Source: Candidatus Pacearchaeota archaeon
Lineage (GTDB): Archaea > Nanobdellota > Nanobdellia > Pacearchaeales > GW2011-AR1
Direction of reading: 5' to 3'
Assembly: GCA_016866955.1 (NCBI GenBank)
Contig: VGKT01000005.1
Span: 1-32,000 of the forward strand
Length of the DNA: 32,000 nucleotides
Shown here: one piece after another, positions 30,670-32,000 of the stretch
Numbering within the stretch: position 1 is the first letter of the stretch
Layout of the letters: each line of letters begins with the position of its first letter
Translations under genes and position numbers: made by a program
The notes under the pieces: generated by a model
Told to the model about the DNA's origin: nothing
Database searches by the model: none
Seen by the model: the letters and a program-made list of their open reading frames with translations, nothing else

Positions 30670-31063
30670 ACTTGAATCTCCTTTTTTCTATGTAAATTTC
30701 AAAGGAAAATACGTTTTATATATGTAACGAAATAAAAATTATTTTAGCCTAGAAGTATCTTATAAATTATTATCAAAAAAAAGGGGTTTAAAGTAAACTG
30801 CTAGGATAGTATGGTGCCAGTATCTCTGGCAAATCTAATGCGATTCAAAAGTTTTTTCTTTTTAATGGAGAATATAATTCTACTGTTTCTGCGGATTATT
30901 TTTCTTTTCATTTTTAATTTTGATCGACAAAATTATGAATTAATATTCTCTAAATTAATATCTGAATTTAAGATAAATAATCATACAAAAATATTAAAAA
31001 AAATCTTAGAAGAAACATAAGTAAAAACAAAATAATTAAATAAGCAATCTTCGTTTAAAATTC

Positions 31064-31495
31064 ATGGAAGAATTAAAAAAAGAGCCTTGGTTAAAAGAAT
31101 CTGCTCGAGACCTCTTAGCTCTTGGAAGCCTTGCAATAGGCCTAGCACTTGTAGCTCGTTCTACGTTGGGAGGTTATTGGAATTTTGTTTATTGGGTTCT
31201 ATTCTCATTCATCGTTCTTTTTGGTTTAAGCTTTATAATAAAAGATTACGAAAGACATCTTGCAAGAGGAATAACTCTTTTATTTTTTACAATTTTATTT
31301 TATAAGGCAGATAGTGATATAACATTTTTGGCAATCTTTTTATCTATTTTATTTATCGTAATGATTGCATCGGCATTTTATCTCAAAAAAGATACAAGAA
31401 CTATTGTAAGGGGAATATTTATGGGCGTCTTTGCTACTGCACTGAGCTATTATATCTCTCTCCCTCTTGCAAGGTTACTCGGACTACCATTTTAA
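31064..31495 (+). CDS. hypothetical 4-TM membrane protein (143 aa)
   Basis: ORF with four hydrophobic helices, AT-rich. No motif recognised. Confidence 0.5.
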   Translation: MEELKKEPWLKESARDLLALGSLAIGLALVARSTLGGYWNFVYWVLFSFIVLFGLSFIIKDYERHLARGITLLFFTILFYKADSDITFLAIFLSILFIVMIASAFYLKKDTRTIVRGIFMGVFATALSYYISLPLARLLGLPF

Positions 31496-31652
31496 GTATA
31501 TATTTAATTTGAAAAATGAAAATAAAAGTCACCTCTTAAAATAAGATTTTATCAAAACGGTTACAGCCCTTGATAAGATTGCTTTTCTATAAACTTCAAT
31601 ATTTTAGTGAAAGTGAAGGTAAAATAACAACTGCTTGACTGGGAGAAATTGA

Positions 31653-31940
31653 AGATTCGAAAGCAACTATAAGTTTCGTGCAAGGGAGATTATGGAAGGG
31701 CAATGGGCTGCTTCAACGGGCAGTGACGCCCAGCCCTATTTTAGAATATTCAATCCGTGGAGTCAGCAAAAAAAATTTGATCCCGAATGTAAGTATATCA
31801 AGAGATGGATTCCTGAATTAGAAAAATACAACTCAAAAGAAATACATCAATGGCAGGGCGATAATTCATATCCCTCCCCAATAGTAGACCATAATATTGA
31901 AAGAAAAAAAGCTTTAGAAATGTTCAAAGAGATATCTTAG
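31653..31940 (+). pseudogene. C-terminal remnant of a DNA photolyase/cryptochrome (FAD-binding domain tail)
   Basis: GQWAASTGSDAQPYFRIFNPWSQQKKFDPECKYIKRWIPEL....YPSPIVDH matches the photolyase C-terminal consensus (GGWQW.A..G.D..PYFRIFNP..Q..KFD..G.YI..W.PEL...YP.PIVDH). An in-frame stop at 31650 and an unrelated gene upstream leave no room for the roughly 350 missing N-terminal residues. Confidence 0.75.
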
Positions 31941-32000
31941 AATGATATTTATTTTTCCTTTTGAATTTTTCTATTTACTTACTTTATAATCAGGGGATTT

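Noticed and set aside
30811-31020. 69-aa ORF in the AT-rich spacer.
   Set aside because: An ORF of this length is expected by chance in such AT-rich sequence only if stop codons happen to be absent, so it cannot be excluded. However, its composition is low-complexity (Phe/Ile/Leu/Asn/Lys), and I see no start signal or motif.
1-32000. CRISPR arrays, integrases, transposases and IS-type inverted repeats.
   Set aside because: Reading the intergenic regions, I found no regularly spaced direct repeats and no ORF with recombinase or transposase motifs. The only short direct repeats are TACGTGAA twice at about 16100-16130, GCGGTAC twice at about 11610-11690, and ACTATATAAGC twice at about 18771-18866 (both copies are TATA boxes). 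They are too short to interpret.

Overview
The window reads as a compact archaeal chromosome segment, probably from a DPANN-like reduced genome. Evidence for archaeal origin:
- Archaea/eukaryote-specific ribosomal proteins L35Ae (eL33) and L10e (uL16).
- A tRNA-Tyr with the archaeal C1-G72 pair and a bulge-helix-bulge intron.
- An archease / MBL hydrolase / RtcB cluster.
- A catalytic-domain tRNA-guanine transglycosylase.
- An SFM1-type SPOUT methyltransferase.
- A very regular TATA-box promoter grammar.

I support about 40 CDS, four tRNAs (Val-UAC, Gly-GCC, Tyr-GUA with an 83-nt intron, Pro-GGG), one mismatched half-and-half tRNA pseudogene, a possible divergent 5S-like RNA, and a truncated photolyase remnant.

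Most striking observations:
1. Almost every transcription unit has a TTTAAA/TTTATATA box 20-23 nt upstream of its ATG, which implies leaderless mRNAs. I used this to re-call several starts.
2. Three single palindromic TATA boxes sit midway between divergent starts that are 52-53 nt apart.
3. Two tRNAs are followed 2-4 nt later by ATG-initiated small ORFs, a tRNA-punctuated leaderless arrangement.
4. A stand-alone membrane protein resembling the DUF5706/Pycsar-effector domain lies divergent from a large Pol-beta-type nucleotidyltransferase that has a second paralog in the window.
5. A tRNA-like gene whose AT-rich 5' half and GC-rich 3' half cannot pair sits exactly where base composition drops. 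This suggests a recombination scar, a foreign island or an assembly chimera.
6. Bacterial-type genes occur in an archaeal context: an acyl-CoA delta-9-type desaturase and a secreted SleB-like cell-wall hydrolase.

I saw no CRISPR array, integrase or transposase. All homology statements come from motif recognition by eye, not from database searches.
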